A model generated the notes under the pieces. It was given only the letters and a program-made list of their open reading frames with translations, was not told the origin of the DNA and did not search any database. Below are positions 16,361 through 26,932 of a stretch of 37,804 bases of DNA, in pieces. Each line of letters starts with the position of its first letter. The stretch's first letter is position 1. The translations under genes and the position numbers were made by a program. The stretch is from Lentisphaeria bacterium (GTDB lineage Bacteria > Verrucomicrobiota > Lentisphaeria > Victivallales > JAADHT01). The stretch lies in assembly GCA_015486135.1 (NCBI GenBank), contig WFSE01000153.1:1-37804 (forward strand). The letters are read 5' to 3'.

Positions 16361-19300
16361 ATGTTCAAGCGTAACCGCGACGGACGTCCCGTGGATCAGG
16401 GACTGTACAGTTTTGAGAATGAGCGTGACGCGTGTGGCGTTGGGTTGCTCGCCAATATCCACGGCGAGAGGACGCACGACATAATGAGCCGCGGGATAAA
16501 GGTGCTACGGCGTCTACTGCATAGAGGCGCTACGGGTGCCGATCCAAACACCGGGGACGGCGCCGGTATCCTTTTTCAAGTTCCGGACGGGTTTTTCAGG
16601 TCCGAGGCCGAATTGGACTTCGACTTGCCGTCCCGCGGGGAATACGGAGTGGGGATGGTTTTTTTCCCTAGGGACAACGCGTCCTATGGGCAGTGCGCCG
16701 CCATAGTGGAGAAAACGGTGGTTCGGGAAGGTTTTCCCTTTCTAGGGTGGAGGTCCGTTCCCGTGGACGAGAGTGTTCCCGGCGAAGAGGCTCGGGCGAC
16801 ATGTCCGCGTATTTCGCAATTTTTCGTAGGTGTCAAGCCCGGGCTGGATGGAAGCGACGAATTTGAGCGTAGGTTGTTCATCCTCAGGAGAGCGGTTAGC
16901 CGGGCGGTGGGCAACGTTTTGGGGGAGTGCGGTTTTTACATTGTCAGTCTTTCGAGCCGGACAATCGTTTACAAGGGACTTCTCATGGCCTCGCAGGTTC
17001 CGAGGTTCTATCCCGATTTGGTGAACGAGAAAGTGGTCAGCGCTTTAGCCATAGTCCACCAGCGTTACAGTACGAACACCTTTCCAGTGTGGCCATTGGC
17101 GCAACCGTTCCGTTATTTGGCGCACAACGGGGAGATAAACACTCTCCGCGGGAATATCAACCAAATGCGCGGGCGGGAGAAATCGTTGTATTCCGATATT
17201 CTCGGAGACGACCTACCGAAAATAATGCCTATAATCCAGGAGAACCAAAGCGATTCCGCGTGTTTGGACAACGCGCTGGAACTCCTCTATTCGGGTGGAC
17301 GATCCATGGCGCATTCCATGATGATGCTCATGCCTCAAGCGTGGGGCCAGGCGTATCATTTGGGAATGGATCTGCGAAGATTCTACGAGTATCATGCGAT
17401 GATTATGGAGCCCTGGGACGGTCCGGCGGCAGTGGCGTTTTCAGACGGCAAATCCGTCGGCGCCGCTCTGGATAGGAACGGGCTTAGGCCAGCGAGATAC
17501 ACCATCACCAAGGATGGGTTCATCGTTTTGGCATCGGAAACGGGCGTGTTGGATATTCCACCCGAGAACGTCAGCCGAAAAGGGCGCCTAGGACCGGGGC
17601 AGATGATAAACGTGGATATTGAACGTCAGCGCGTGGTTTTCGACAACGAGTTGAAAAGTCAGGTTTCGCGGTGGAAACCGTACAGACGCTGGACCGACGA
17701 GAACAAGATATCGCTTCGCGGTCTTTTCGATTCCGTTGTCCCCCCCAGGGTAGACGAAGACACTTTGCTGAAGCGGCAGAAATTGTTTGGCTACACCCGC
17801 GAGGACGTGAACATTATCGTCAAAAACATGGCGGCGACTGGTGTGGAGCCGACTGGCTCCATGGGCAACGACGCTACGTTGGCGGTATTGTCGGAAAAAC
17901 CGCAACTGCTGTATTGCTATTTCAAGCAGCTTTTCGCCCAGGTCACCAATCCACCCATTGATCCGATACGGGAAAAGCTCGTCATGAGTTTGATGACATT
18001 CATCGGAAAACAAGGCAATCTCTTGGACGAAACTCCGTCGCACGCGCGGATGGTGAAGTTGAAGACTCCAATTATAACCGACGAGGATTTGGATCGGTTG
18101 CGACGCTCCGAGAATCCCGAATTCAAAGCGGTGACGCTTGAAGCCTCTTTCGATCCAGATGCGGGGGGCGCGGGTTTGGAAAAGGCCTTGTCGGATCTCG
18201 CGGATTCCGCGGAGCGAGCCGTGGCTGGTGGATGTAGCGTGGTAATTCTGAGCGACAGGGGAATCCCGGAGGGGAAAGCCCCTATTCCGATGCTGTTGGC
18301 GGTTTCCACCATTAACCTTCGGCTAACCGATTGCGGTTTACGCACTAGAGCGGGCATAGTGGCCGAGACTGGCGAGGCTCGGGAGGTTATGCATTTTGTT
18401 CTTCTTTTCGGTTACGCCGCGACCGCGGTGAATCCGTATTTGGCGTTGGAAACCGTTGTTGACATAGCCGAGAAAAACGACAATGTGGCTCCGGATACCG
18501 CCAAGGCGCTGGAAAACTATATCAACGCCCTTTGCAAAGGCATTTTGAAAGTGATGTCCAAAATGGGGATATCCACCTTGCGCAGCTACCGCGGAGCGCA
18601 GATATTCGAGGCTATTGGATTGAACGCCGAGTTCACGGAAAAGTATTTCGCTGGAACCCCGTCTAGAATAGAGGGGATAGGGATTGACGAGGTGGCGGCG
18701 GAGGTCAAGGCCCGCTACGACGCGGCGCGCGCCCCGAAGCTTCCCGCAATTTTGCCAAGTGGCGGAGCCTACCGGTTCAGGAAGGATGGCGAGCGGCATC
18801 TTTGGACTCCCGAAACCATCACTTTGCTTCAAAAAGCCGTTCGCGCCAACGACGAGGCGGCGTACCTCGAGTACGCCGATAAAATCAACAACCAGGAGCG
18901 GGCGCTTTGCACGTTGCGCGGACTGTTCAAGTTCAAGAGCGCTGGGGCCGTACCTGAGGAGGAGGTCGAGCCGGCGTCGGAAATCGTGAAACGCTTCGTG
19001 ACTGGCGCGATGTCTTTTGGTTCCATAAGCAAAGAGGCGCACGAGGCCTTGGCCTTGGCGATGAACCAACTTGGGGGGAAAAGCAATAGCGGAGAGGGTG
19101 GCGAGGACCCCGAACGGTTCAAGCCGCTTCCGAACGGAGCGAGCAAATGCAGCGCCATCAAGCAGATTGCCAGCGGAAGATTCGGGGTGACGGCCGAATA
19201 CCTTGCCAGCGCCAAGGAGTTGCAAATCAAAATCGCGCAAGGCGCGAAACCCGGCGAGGGCGGACAGTTGCCCGGGCACAAGGTCAACGAGATTATCGCC

Positions 19301-20893
19301 AAGGTGCGCCATTCCACCCCGGGAGTGACGTTGATATCGCCTCCGCCACATCACGATATCTACTCGATCGAGGACTTGGCTCAACTCATATACGATCTTA
19401 AAAACGCGAACCCGGATGCGCGGATATCCGTCAAGCTCGTGTCGGAAGTCGGTGTGGGCACCGTCGCCGCGGGCGTGTCCAAGGGGCATGCCGACATGGT
19501 GCTTATAAGCGGGCACGATGGCGGAACCGGGGCGTCGCCTCTGACATCCATCAAGCACGCTGGCGCCCCTTGGGAGCTGGGTTTGGCCGAAACACAACAG
19601 ACACTGGTCCTCAACGATCTTCGGAAACGTATTCGAGTGCAGGTTGACGGACAGCTCAAGACCGGCAGGGATGTCGTGGTGGGAGCCTTGCTCGGCGCCG
19701 AGGAGTTCGGCTTCGCGACGGCCGCATTGGTGTCTCTGGGTTGCGTCATGATGCGCCAGTGCCATTCCAACACTTGTCCCGTGGGAGTCGCCACCCAGGA
19801 CCCCGAATTAAGGAAACGGTTCAAAGGCAAGCCCGAACATGTGGTAAACTACATGATGTTCGTGGCGGAGGAAGTCAGGAGATTGCTCGCGCGACTTGGG
19901 TTCAGAAGTATAGACGAGGCGGTTGGACGTTCCGATATGCTCGAAATGAACGATGCGATTGAGTTCTGGAAGACGAGGCGCTTGGATTTCTCGAGGATTT
20001 TCGAACGCGTTGGGGACGACTCGCTTCCGCGCAGATGCTTGGAGCCCCAGCAACACGGGCTTGACCAAGCGTTTGACAATAAATTGCTCGAACGCCTGGG
20101 CGCCGCGGTCGAGACGCGGGCAAAGATTGAAATAGACATGGAGATATCCAATACCGACCGCTCGGCGGGTGCGACCCTTTCGAACAAAATAGCCCGCGCC
20201 TACGGCGACGCGGGTTTGGCTGACGACACCATTACCGTCAATTTTTCCGGATGCGCCGGCCAGAGTTTCGGGGCGTTTTTGGCGAGAGGGGTGACGTTCA
20301 ATCTTGTCGGCGAGGCGAACGACTACGTTGGCAAGGGGCTTTCCGGTGGCAAGATTATAATCAAACCCCCTGAGATAGATGGCTTCAATCCTTCCGAGAA
20401 CATGATTGCCGGCAATGTTCTCCTATATGGCGCCACTAGTGGAAAGCTCTTCCTCCGCGGACAAGCTGGCGAGAGATTCGCCATCCGCAACAGCGGAGCC
20501 TTCGCCGTGGCGGAAGGAGTGGGAGACCACTGCTGCGAATATATGACTGGCGGACGCGTCGTCGTTATCGGCCACACGGGAGTTAATTTCGCCGCCGGCA
20601 TGAGCGGTGGATTCGCATACGTTTTGGACGAGTTGAACGATTTCGACAGGAAATGCAACCTCGACATGGTTGACTTGGAGCCTCTAAAGGACGAGGACGA
20701 CGTGGAAACCGTCCGGCGCATGCTCCGGGAACACGCCGAATTGACGGGTAGCGACAAGGCGAAGGCTATTTTAGATGATTGGACGAACAAAGCGCCACTA
20801 TTCGTGAAAGTATATCCCGTGGAATACAGGAAGGTGCTGGGAAAAATGACGCGGGACGACGAGGCGATCGAACGCAACGTCCGCCAAGATTGA
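16361..20893 (+). CDS. gltB: Glutamate synthase large subunit
   Basis: ORF 16265..20893. The start is placed at the ATG at 16361 (MFKRNRDG), with GGAGAGGA upstream. The N-terminal amidotransferase begins ...ERDACGVGLLANIHGE (catalytic Cys), followed by the FMN/Fe-S domain and the C-terminal GXGXG beta-helix. Total ~1510 aa. Confidence 0.9.
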   Translation: MFKRNRDGRPVDQGLYSFENERDACGVGLLANIHGERTHDIMSRGIKVLRRLLHRGATGADPNTGDGAGILFQVPDGFFRSEAELDFDLPSRGEYGVGMVFFPRDNASYGQCAAIVEKTVVREGFPFLGWRSVPVDESVPGEEARATCPRISQFFVGVKPGLDGSDEFERRLFILRRAVSRAVGNVLGECGFYIVSLSSRTIVYKGLLMASQVPRFYPDLVNEKVVSALAIVHQRYSTNTFPVWPLAQPFRYLAHNGEINTLRGNINQMRGREKSLYSDILGDDLPKIMPIIQENQSDSACLDNALELLYSGGRSMAHSMMMLMPQAWGQAYHLGMDLRRFYEYHAMIMEPWDGPAAVAFSDGKSVGAALDRNGLRPARYTITKDGFIVLASETGVLDIPPENVSRKGRLGPGQMINVDIERQRVVFDNELKSQVSRWKPYRRWTDENKISLRGLFDSVVPPRVDEDTLLKRQKLFGYTREDVNIIVKNMAATGVEPTGSMGNDATLAVLSEKPQLLYCYFKQLFAQVTNPPIDPIREKLVMSLMTFIGKQGNLLDETPSHARMVKLKTPIITDEDLDRLRRSENPEFKAVTLEASFDPDAGGAGLEKALSDLADSAERAVAGGCSVVILSDRGIPEGKAPIPMLLAVSTINLRLTDCGLRTRAGIVAETGEAREVMHFVLLFGYAATAVNPYLALETVVDIAEKNDNVAPDTAKALENYINALCKGILKVMSKMGISTLRSYRGAQIFEAIGLNAEFTEKYFAGTPSRIEGIGIDEVAAEVKARYDAARAPKLPAILPSGGAYRFRKDGERHLWTPETITLLQKAVRANDEAAYLEYADKINNQERALCTLRGLFKFKSAGAVPEEEVEPASEIVKRFVTGAMSFGSISKEAHEALALAMNQLGGKSNSGEGGEDPERFKPLPNGASKCSAIKQIASGRFGVTAEYLASAKELQIKIAQGAKPGEGGQLPGHKVNEIIAKVRHSTPGVTLISPPPHHDIYSIEDLAQLIYDLKNANPDARISVKLVSEVGVGTVAAGVSKGHADMVLISGHDGGTGASPLTSIKHAGAPWELGLAETQQTLVLNDLRKRIRVQVDGQLKTGRDVVVGALLGAEEFGFATAALVSLGCVMMRQCHSNTCPVGVATQDPELRKRFKGKPEHVVNYMMFVAEEVRRLLARLGFRSIDEAVGRSDMLEMNDAIEFWKTRRLDFSRIFERVGDDSLPRRCLEPQQHGLDQAFDNKLLERLGAAVETRAKIEIDMEISNTDRSAGATLSNKIARAYGDAGLADDTITVNFSGCAGQSFGAFLARGVTFNLVGEANDYVGKGLSGGKIIIKPPEIDGFNPSENMIAGNVLLYGATSGKLFLRGQAGERFAIRNSGAFAVAEGVGDHCCEYMTGGRVVVIGHTGVNFAAGMSGGFAYVLDELNDFDRKCNLDMVDLEPLKDEDDVETVRRMLREHAELTGSDKAKAILDDWTNKAPLFVKVYPVEYRKVLGKMTRDDEAIERNVRQD

Positions 20894-20907
20894 CGAGGTG
20901 ACAGGAC

Positions 20908-22344
20908 ATGGCTAATCCCAAAGCGTTTATGGAAGTGAAGCGGCGCGAAGTCGAATATCGACCCGTAGAGGAAAGGGTGAAAGACTTCAACGAGGTTGAG
21001 AATTTTCTTTTCCACAGCCCCGGGGCGGTGGAGGAGCAGGCCGAGCGGTGTATGGATTGCGGAATACCTTTCTGCCACGGCGCCGGTTGTCCTCTTTCCA
21101 ATGTGATTCCCGAATTTAACGAGCTCGTATCCAGGAAACATTACGAGGAGGCGCTTCGGCTTCTCCTCTCCACCAACGAGTTTCCCGAGTTCACTGGTCG
21201 GGTGTGTCCCGCCCCGTGCGAGGCGGCGTGCACCGCTGGTTTGAATGACGATCCCGTCACGATACGCGAGATTGAGCTCGCGGTCGCCGAGGAAGCCTTC
21301 AAGCGGGGGTGGATGAGCCTCGGAGTTCCCGTCGAACGCACTGGGCGTAAAGTGGCGGTGGTGGGAGCCGGTCCGGCGGGACTGGCGTTGACCGCGAAAT
21401 TGAATCGACTCGGGCATTCGGTGACCGTTTTCGAGCGTTCCAACGCCCCGGGAGGATTGTTGCGATACGGGATTCCGGATTTTAAACTGGACAAGGGGAT
21501 AGTCCGCCGGAGGGTCGCGTTGATGAGAGATGAGGGAGTGGTCTTCGAGACGGGCGTGGCTATTGGCGAGGATATGTCTCTGAACCTTCTCCGGAGGAAA
21601 TTCGACGCCGTATGTCTATGCGGTGGTTCCAGTACTCCGCGCGACCTTCCCATCCCGGGCCGCGATTTGCGCGGGATACATTTCGCCATGGATTTTCTCT
21701 CGCAACAAAACAAGCGTGTATCCGGCGAGCCTTTCGACGGGGACGAAATATCGGCGCGCGGCAAGAGGGTGGTGGTTATTGGAGGAGGCGATACTGGTTC
21801 CGATTGTGTCGGGACTTCCATAAGGCAGGGAGCCGTTTCCGTGACCCAGATTGAAATCATGCCAAAGCCGCCTGAAGGGCGGTCCGAGGCGACCCCTTGG
21901 CCGGAATGGCCCTATCAACTGCGCACTTCTAGTAGCCATAAGGAAGGTTGCGAGCGCCTATGGAACATCGCCTCGAAAAGCTTCGTCGGTAAAAACGGCG
22001 AGGTGGCCGGAATTGAAGCGGTTAAGGTCGAATGGTCCTACAACGCCAAAGGGCTGCCGGGGAAATTCGTCGAATTGCCTGATAGCGGGTTCAAATTGGA
22101 AGCGGATTTGGTCCTACTGGCGATGGGCTTCGTTGGGCCCGCCGACAAAGACGCCTATGCCGTCGCCGGCTTGGAGTTTTCGGAACGCGGAAACATCGCG
22201 GCGGACTGCGCGGGAAGGACAAACCTGGACAATGTCTTCGCCGCTGGCGATATTGTGACTGGACCGTCGTTGGTCGTGCGCGCCATGGCGAACGCCGCGC
22301 AACTCGCAGCAACCGTCGACGGATTCCTTAAGGAGCTTGCTTAA
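20908..22344 (+). CDS. gltD: Glutamate synthase small subunit (NADPH)
   Basis: N-terminal Cys cluster (CMDCGIPFC...CP...CPAPCEAAC), dinucleotide fold VAVVGAGPAGLALTAKL and a second fold VVVIGGGDTGSDCVGT. Lies 14 bp after gltB, with RBS GAGGTGA. Confidence 0.9.
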   Translation: MANPKAFMEVKRREVEYRPVEERVKDFNEVENFLFHSPGAVEEQAERCMDCGIPFCHGAGCPLSNVIPEFNELVSRKHYEEALRLLLSTNEFPEFTGRVCPAPCEAACTAGLNDDPVTIREIELAVAEEAFKRGWMSLGVPVERTGRKVAVVGAGPAGLALTAKLNRLGHSVTVFERSNAPGGLLRYGIPDFKLDKGIVRRRVALMRDEGVVFETGVAIGEDMSLNLLRRKFDAVCLCGGSSTPRDLPIPGRDLRGIHFAMDFLSQQNKRVSGEPFDGDEISARGKRVVVIGGGDTGSDCVGTSIRQGAVSVTQIEIMPKPPEGRSEATPWPEWPYQLRTSSSHKEGCERLWNIASKSFVGKNGEVAGIEAVKVEWSYNAKGLPGKFVELPDSGFKLEADLVLLAMGFVGPADKDAYAVAGLEFSERGNIAADCAGRTNLDNVFAAGDIVTGPSLVVRAMANAAQLAATVDGFLKELA

Positions 22345-22386
22345 AAAGTCTGAAACGACTTTACCATGCTGGCTGGAGGAATTTAA

Positions 22387-22908
22387 ATGGATACTGGGAT
22401 ACACCTGTTCACTGGTGGTGCCAGAAGCGGGAAAAGCTCGCGGGCGTTATCGCTAGCGAAGTCCGCGGAACGGCCATTTTTCATAGCCACCGCCGAGGTT
22501 CGGGACGAGGAAATGGAGATACGAGTGGCAGCCCACAAAACCGAGCGCGGAGGGCATTGGACCACGATCGAGGCTCCCGTGGATATCGCTGGCGGCATCT
22601 GCGCTGCGAACGCCGCGGACGCCGACTTCATCGTCGTGGATTGTCTAACGATATGGACGGCCAATGTCATGGAAGACACCGGGGGCATTCCATTGGAACG
22701 GCGTTTGGAGGATTTTCTGGAGGCTTCCCGCAATTCCGCCGCTCCGTTGGCCATCGTCACCAACGAGGTTGGCATGGGAATAGTGCCTGCGAACAAGCTC
22801 GCCCGCGATTTCCGCGACGCTGCGGGCCGGGTCAACGCCGCTATAGCCGCGGTGGCCGACACGGTTAGCCTTATGGTTTCCGGAATTCCAGTGAAAATCA
22901 AGGGATGA
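22387..22908 (+). CDS. cobU: Adenosylcobinamide kinase / adenosylcobinamide-phosphate guanylyltransferase
   Basis: P-loop LFTGGARSGKSSRA and conserved CobU blocks DCLTIWTANVM and VTNEVGMGIVP. ~173 aa. RBS GGAGGA. Confidence 0.8.
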   Translation: MDTGIHLFTGGARSGKSSRALSLAKSAERPFFIATAEVRDEEMEIRVAAHKTERGGHWTTIEAPVDIAGGICAANAADADFIVVDCLTIWTANVMEDTGGIPLERRLEDFLEASRNSAAPLAIVTNEVGMGIVPANKLARDFRDAAGRVNAAIAAVADTVSLMVSGIPVKIKG

Positions 22909-22912
22909 GACA

Positions 22913-23971
22913 ATGCGGACCTCCGATTTCGACTATGCGTTGCCGGAAAATTTGATAGCGTATCAACCGCCAGAGATCCGCGGTGATTCCAAAATGCTCG
23001 TTTTGGACCGCCATTCGGGCAAGACCGATATCCGCAGATTTCACGATATCGTGGATTACTTGTCTCCTGGCGATGTGATGGTCCTCAACGATACGAAAGT
23101 TATAAAAGCTAGGCTTTTGGGGCGGAAAAAGGATACCGGGGGGCGAGTGGAGTTTCTGCTTGTCTCTCCGTTGAACGATAATCGATCGCTCTGGACGGCA
23201 ATGGGGAAACCAGCCAAGCGCATTCCCGAGGGTGCTGAGATAGAACTACTTCCCACGGGCTTCACCTCAGACCCTCCGCCAAAAGCGTCGATTATTGTCA
23301 CGCAAAAAAATCGGGACGGCTCTTTCGAGATAAAGCTTCAGCATGCGTCGTTCGACGAGGTCTCCATCTTTTTCGGGCATACCCCGCTCCCTCCATATAT
23401 AAAGCGTCCCGACATCCCTGAGGACTCTGAGCGCTATCAAACGGTTTACGCCGAGAGGCCTGGTGCCGTGGCCGCCCCCACCGCCGGCCTACACTTCACC
23501 AAGGATACGCTAAAGGAGATCGAAGCCAAAGGGGTTTCCACTGTCAGCGTGACCCTCCACATAGGGCCTGGAACCTTCCAGCCCGTGAAAGCGAGCAAGA
23601 TCGAAGACCACGCCATGCACTCGGAATTCCGGATTGTTTCCCAGAAAACGGCGGATGCCGTCAACTTCGCCAAGCAAAGAGGGAACAAGGTCCTTGCCGT
23701 GGGGACCACCGTCGTCAGGGCGCTGGAATCGGCGGCCACGCCGGACGGGGTCGTGTTTCCAGCGATGGGTGAAACCGCAATTTTCCTCCGCCCTCCCATG
23801 AGGACAAAGATTCCGGATATGTTGCTCACGAACTTCCACCTGCCGAAAAGCACGCTCCTGATGCTTACGGCCACGCTGGCACCATTGGAACACATCCTCG
23901 ACGCCTACAGGGAAGCTATCAACGCCGGATTGCGCTTCCATAGCTATGGGGACTGCATGTTGATCAAATAG
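22913..23971 (+). CDS. queA: S-adenosylmethionine:tRNA ribosyltransferase-isomerase
   Basis: N-terminus MRTSDFDYALPENLIAYQPPEIRGDSKMLVLDR and an LHIGPGTFQPV block are typical of QueA. Lies 4 bp after cobU. Confidence 0.9.
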   Translation: MRTSDFDYALPENLIAYQPPEIRGDSKMLVLDRHSGKTDIRRFHDIVDYLSPGDVMVLNDTKVIKARLLGRKKDTGGRVEFLLVSPLNDNRSLWTAMGKPAKRIPEGAEIELLPTGFTSDPPPKASIIVTQKNRDGSFEIKLQHASFDEVSIFFGHTPLPPYIKRPDIPEDSERYQTVYAERPGAVAAPTAGLHFTKDTLKEIEAKGVSTVSVTLHIGPGTFQPVKASKIEDHAMHSEFRIVSQKTADAVNFAKQRGNKVLAVGTTVVRALESAATPDGVVFPAMGETAIFLRPPMRTKIPDMLLTNFHLPKSTLLMLTATLAPLEHILDAYREAINAGLRFHSYGDCMLIK

Positions 23972-24314
23972 TGATACGGGGATGAATGGCCGGATGGCAA
24001 CTCCTTTTGGGAAAGCGCTACGAGTCTCTGCGACGGCAAATAGCCAAGATAAAAAGAAAATTCCCCGCCGGAGAGGCTCGAGTGTTTCAAAGCGCGCAGA
24101 TTGGCAATAGAATAGAATAGGATTTGTACAAACAGGCAGGCTATACTAATGTGTCGGGTAAATGATGTCCAATAGTCGAAGTGGTGGCGGACAAAGTCAA
24201 CGAAGCCCGAGACGCGTACGAAAGTAGGATCAAGCATAGGAAGGCGAAAATTCTGGAAGAAAACAAATTCCTGGGAATTTTCAAAATGCTATCCCCGGAA
24301 CCAAATGCCGATAA

Positions 24315-25127
24315 ATGAGCAATTTACACCTCACAACCGAAAACGAGTCTTCCCAGGGGAAATCCCTGGCTCCGCTAATCGCTGCGTTCACGGTGATTAT
24401 CCTTCTAACCATAATCCTTATAAACTTGGACACCGGGAAGGATAAAACGAAGCGAAATAGCACCGACACCCCAAAAAACATCATGGAATTGAGCGGCAAT
24501 TCCAGCCCCCCTGCCACGTATCGTCTTCCGGAGGCCGACAGTGGGGACTTGGATGCTATCAACGTGAACACCGACTTGGTGAAGGTCAAGGCATTGCTCG
24601 CCGAGAACCGGATTGAAGAAGCCGAAGACAAACTTCGCACCATCTTGGTTTTCGCCCCTGACAACGCTCAGGCGCTGACGCTCTTTGGAGGTATTCTCTA
24701 CTATTCAGGACGTGAAAAAGAAGCCGAGGCGATATTCCGACGGCAGATTAAGCTGAATCCCAAGGACCATCTCGCCTACAATCGTCTAGGTTCCGCTCTC
24801 GCCAAACAGAAACGCTATCAAGAAGCGATAAACAGCGTCGCCGTGGCGGTGGGACTCGATCCAAATTCAGGGAAGGCCCACGTCAACCTCGCGGGATTGT
24901 ACTCGATTCTCAATGATAAGCAAGCCGCCTTGAAGCACTTTCGCAAAGCGGCGAAACTTCTTGGGAAAGCGATCTTGCCATTGTCGCACGATCCATCGTT
25001 TGATAATATCCGATCCTCTCCGGAATTCCAAGCGGTAGTTTCGGAAGCGCTTGTGAAGAAAACTCCCGAATCCTCCAACGTTGAGAACGGGGTGTCGGTG
25101 GAACCGCCCAGTGGCGACGACAAATGA
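24315..25127 (+). CDS. Membrane-anchored tetratricopeptide-repeat protein
   Basis: One N-terminal TM (LAPLIAAFTVIILLTIILI) followed by 3-4 TPR-like units (AQALTLFGGILYYSGREKEAEAIFRRQIKLNPKDHLAYNRLGSALAKQKRYQEA...). Confidence 0.6.
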   Translation: MSNLHLTTENESSQGKSLAPLIAAFTVIILLTIILINLDTGKDKTKRNSTDTPKNIMELSGNSSPPATYRLPEADSGDLDAINVNTDLVKVKALLAENRIEEAEDKLRTILVFAPDNAQALTLFGGILYYSGREKEAEAIFRRQIKLNPKDHLAYNRLGSALAKQKRYQEAINSVAVAVGLDPNSGKAHVNLAGLYSILNDKQAALKHFRKAAKLLGKAILPLSHDPSFDNIRSSPEFQAVVSEALVKKTPESSNVENGVSVEPPSGDDK

Positions 25128-26932
25128 GCGTGATAAAGATACTTTCCGACGACGTAAGCAACCGAATAGCCGCTGGAGAAGTGGTCGAAAGGCCGGCGTC
25201 GATAGTGAAAGAGCTTGTTGAGAACTCGTTGGACGCTGGAGCTGGCCAGATATCCGTCATAATTGAACGCGCTGGACGGAAATTGATTTCAGTCACGGAC
25301 AACGGACGCGGCATGGATGCCGATGACGCGTTGTTATGCCTGGAGCCACATGCCACGAGCAAAATATCCTCGATAACCGACATGGATGAGATATCCACCA
25401 TGGGATTCCGCGGCGAGGCCCTTCCGAGTATCGCCTCTGTTTCTAGGTTGAAGCTCCAAACCAGACCTGAAAATTCCATAGAGGGCACGGAAGTTTTGAT
25501 TGAGGGGGGACGCATGGTGTCCGCCGTTCCCGCGGGATGCGCGAAAGGCACTAGCGTGGCCGTCAGAGACCTTTTTTTCAACACTCCCGCCAGGCGTAAA
25601 TTCCTCCGTTCGGACTCGACCGAGGAGCGTCATATAGTGGAGACCATGACGATGCTAGCGCTTTCCAGAGCAGATGTCGGATTCGACTTGACCATAGACG
25701 GCAGGGTCGTCGTGTCGGTGGGGCCCGATGGTGGATTGCCGGCCAGAATCCAAGCGCTACTAGGGAAAAAAACTTTGGCCAATTTCATCCCCGCCGATTA
25801 CGAGCGTTCCGGGATTTCCATTGCCGGATTCATAGCCAAACACGGGTTCACCAAAAAATCTCGCAGAGAACAAAGGGTGTTTGTTAATAGCCGTCCCGTC
25901 GAGGCTCCCGCCATCTACAGGGGGCTCGCCAATGGATATGAATCGCTTGTAATGAGGGGCGAGTTCCCTCCCGTCGTGCTTTTCATCGAGATGGCCGCCG
26001 ACAGAGTGGATGTCAACGTCCATCCGGCAAAGCGCGAAGTGCGCTTCAAGGAGGACGCTCTGGTTGGCAGAATAGTGAGCGAGGCGGTGATGGGTGCGCT
26101 TAAATCTGCGTCTTCGCCGACAGCTTCCGTCTCCAACACTCTTTCGATGGGCGCCATAATTGGTGGCGCTGCTGTGGATTACGCTCCTCCCGTGAAAACC
26201 CAGCCGTCGTTTGCGGGGCTGGCGCCCACGGACGGGGTAGCCCTACCCGAAATCCATCCGGAAATACCACTGGATGATTTGGAGCCGGAAGGCGGTTCTG
26301 ATCCAACGGATTTGGCGGACACGCGCGAAGCGACACCATTGCCGACGGAGGAGCGGTCTTCTCCCAGATTGAGGGTTCTCGCTTTTCTGGACGACACCTA
26401 TATTCTAGCGGAGTCGGAGGACGGGCTGGTGGTTATAGACCAACACGCCGCTCACGAACGCGTATTGTTCGAGCGGTTAATGGCCGCTGGAGCCAGTGCC
26501 AATGTTCCAGTCCAGAGGCTTCTTATTCCCGCCGCCGTGGATGTTTCAAGAAGCGAAATACTGTTCGTCGAGAGAAATTCCGGATTGTTCCGTGAGCTTG
26601 GATTCGAAATGGAGGCTTTTGGCAAAAACACGCTTATCCTGCGGTCGATTCCAGCGGCATTGAACGAGACCGATGCCACCAAATTGCTGATGGGCGTTTT
26701 GGATGGTCTCATGGAGGATGGCGCCCCGCCGAAAAATCTGGACAGGGCGGCCATAGCGAGAACCGCATGCTCTATGGCGGTGAAGGCCAACGACCAATTG
26801 ACCATGGAAGAGGCCGAGGCGTTGTTGAGGGAAATGGGAAACTGCCGTTTGCCCTATTCATGCCCCCATGGCCGCCCCACAATGATTAGCATATCAAGAT
26901 CCGAACTCGAAAAGAGGTTTGGACGGAGATGA
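25124..26932 (+). CDS. mutL: DNA mismatch repair protein MutL
   Basis: GHKL ATPase N-terminus IKILSDDVSNRIAAGEVVERPASIVKELVENSLDAGA, motif GFRGEAL and a C-terminal dimerisation domain. An ATGA overlap couples it to the TPR gene. Confidence 0.9.
   Translation: MSVIKILSDDVSNRIAAGEVVERPASIVKELVENSLDAGAGQISVIIERAGRKLISVTDNGRGMDADDALLCLEPHATSKISSITDMDEISTMGFRGEALPSIASVSRLKLQTRPENSIEGTEVLIEGGRMVSAVPAGCAKGTSVAVRDLFFNTPARRKFLRSDSTEERHIVETMTMLALSRADVGFDLTIDGRVVVSVGPDGGLPARIQALLGKKTLANFIPADYERSGISIAGFIAKHGFTKKSRREQRVFVNSRPVEAPAIYRGLANGYESLVMRGEFPPVVLFIEMAADRVDVNVHPAKREVRFKEDALVGRIVSEAVMGALKSASSPTASVSNTLSMGAIIGGAAVDYAPPVKTQPSFAGLAPTDGVALPEIHPEIPLDDLEPEGGSDPTDLADTREATPLPTEERSSPRLRVLAFLDDTYILAESEDGLVVIDQHAAHERVLFERLMAAGASANVPVQRLLIPAAVDVSRSEILFVERNSGLFRELGFEMEAFGKNTLILRSIPAALNETDATKLLMGVLDGLMEDGAPPKNLDRAAIARTACSMAVKANDQLTMEEAEALLREMGNCRLPYSCPHGRPTMISISRSELEKRFGRR

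Noticed and set aside
18338-21417. Long antisense ORFs inside gltB/gltD (475 aa at 18338..19765, 364 aa at 20323..21417), and similar ones antisense to metH (32329..33147), glnN (10217..11053) and the FAD oxidoreductase (5382..6206)
   Set aside because: These are stop-codon-poor antisense frames typical of GC-rich coding DNA. Their products are Arg/Pro/Ala/Ser-rich with no motifs, and they are fully overlapped by well-supported genes on the opposite strand.
23944-24664. ORFs 23944..24237 (-) and 24281..24664 (-) in and around the queA-TPR intergenic region
   Set aside because: They overlap the queA 3-prime end or lie antisense to the TPR gene. They have no RBS or motifs. The 340-bp gap is more likely the TPR-mutL-apbE operon leader.
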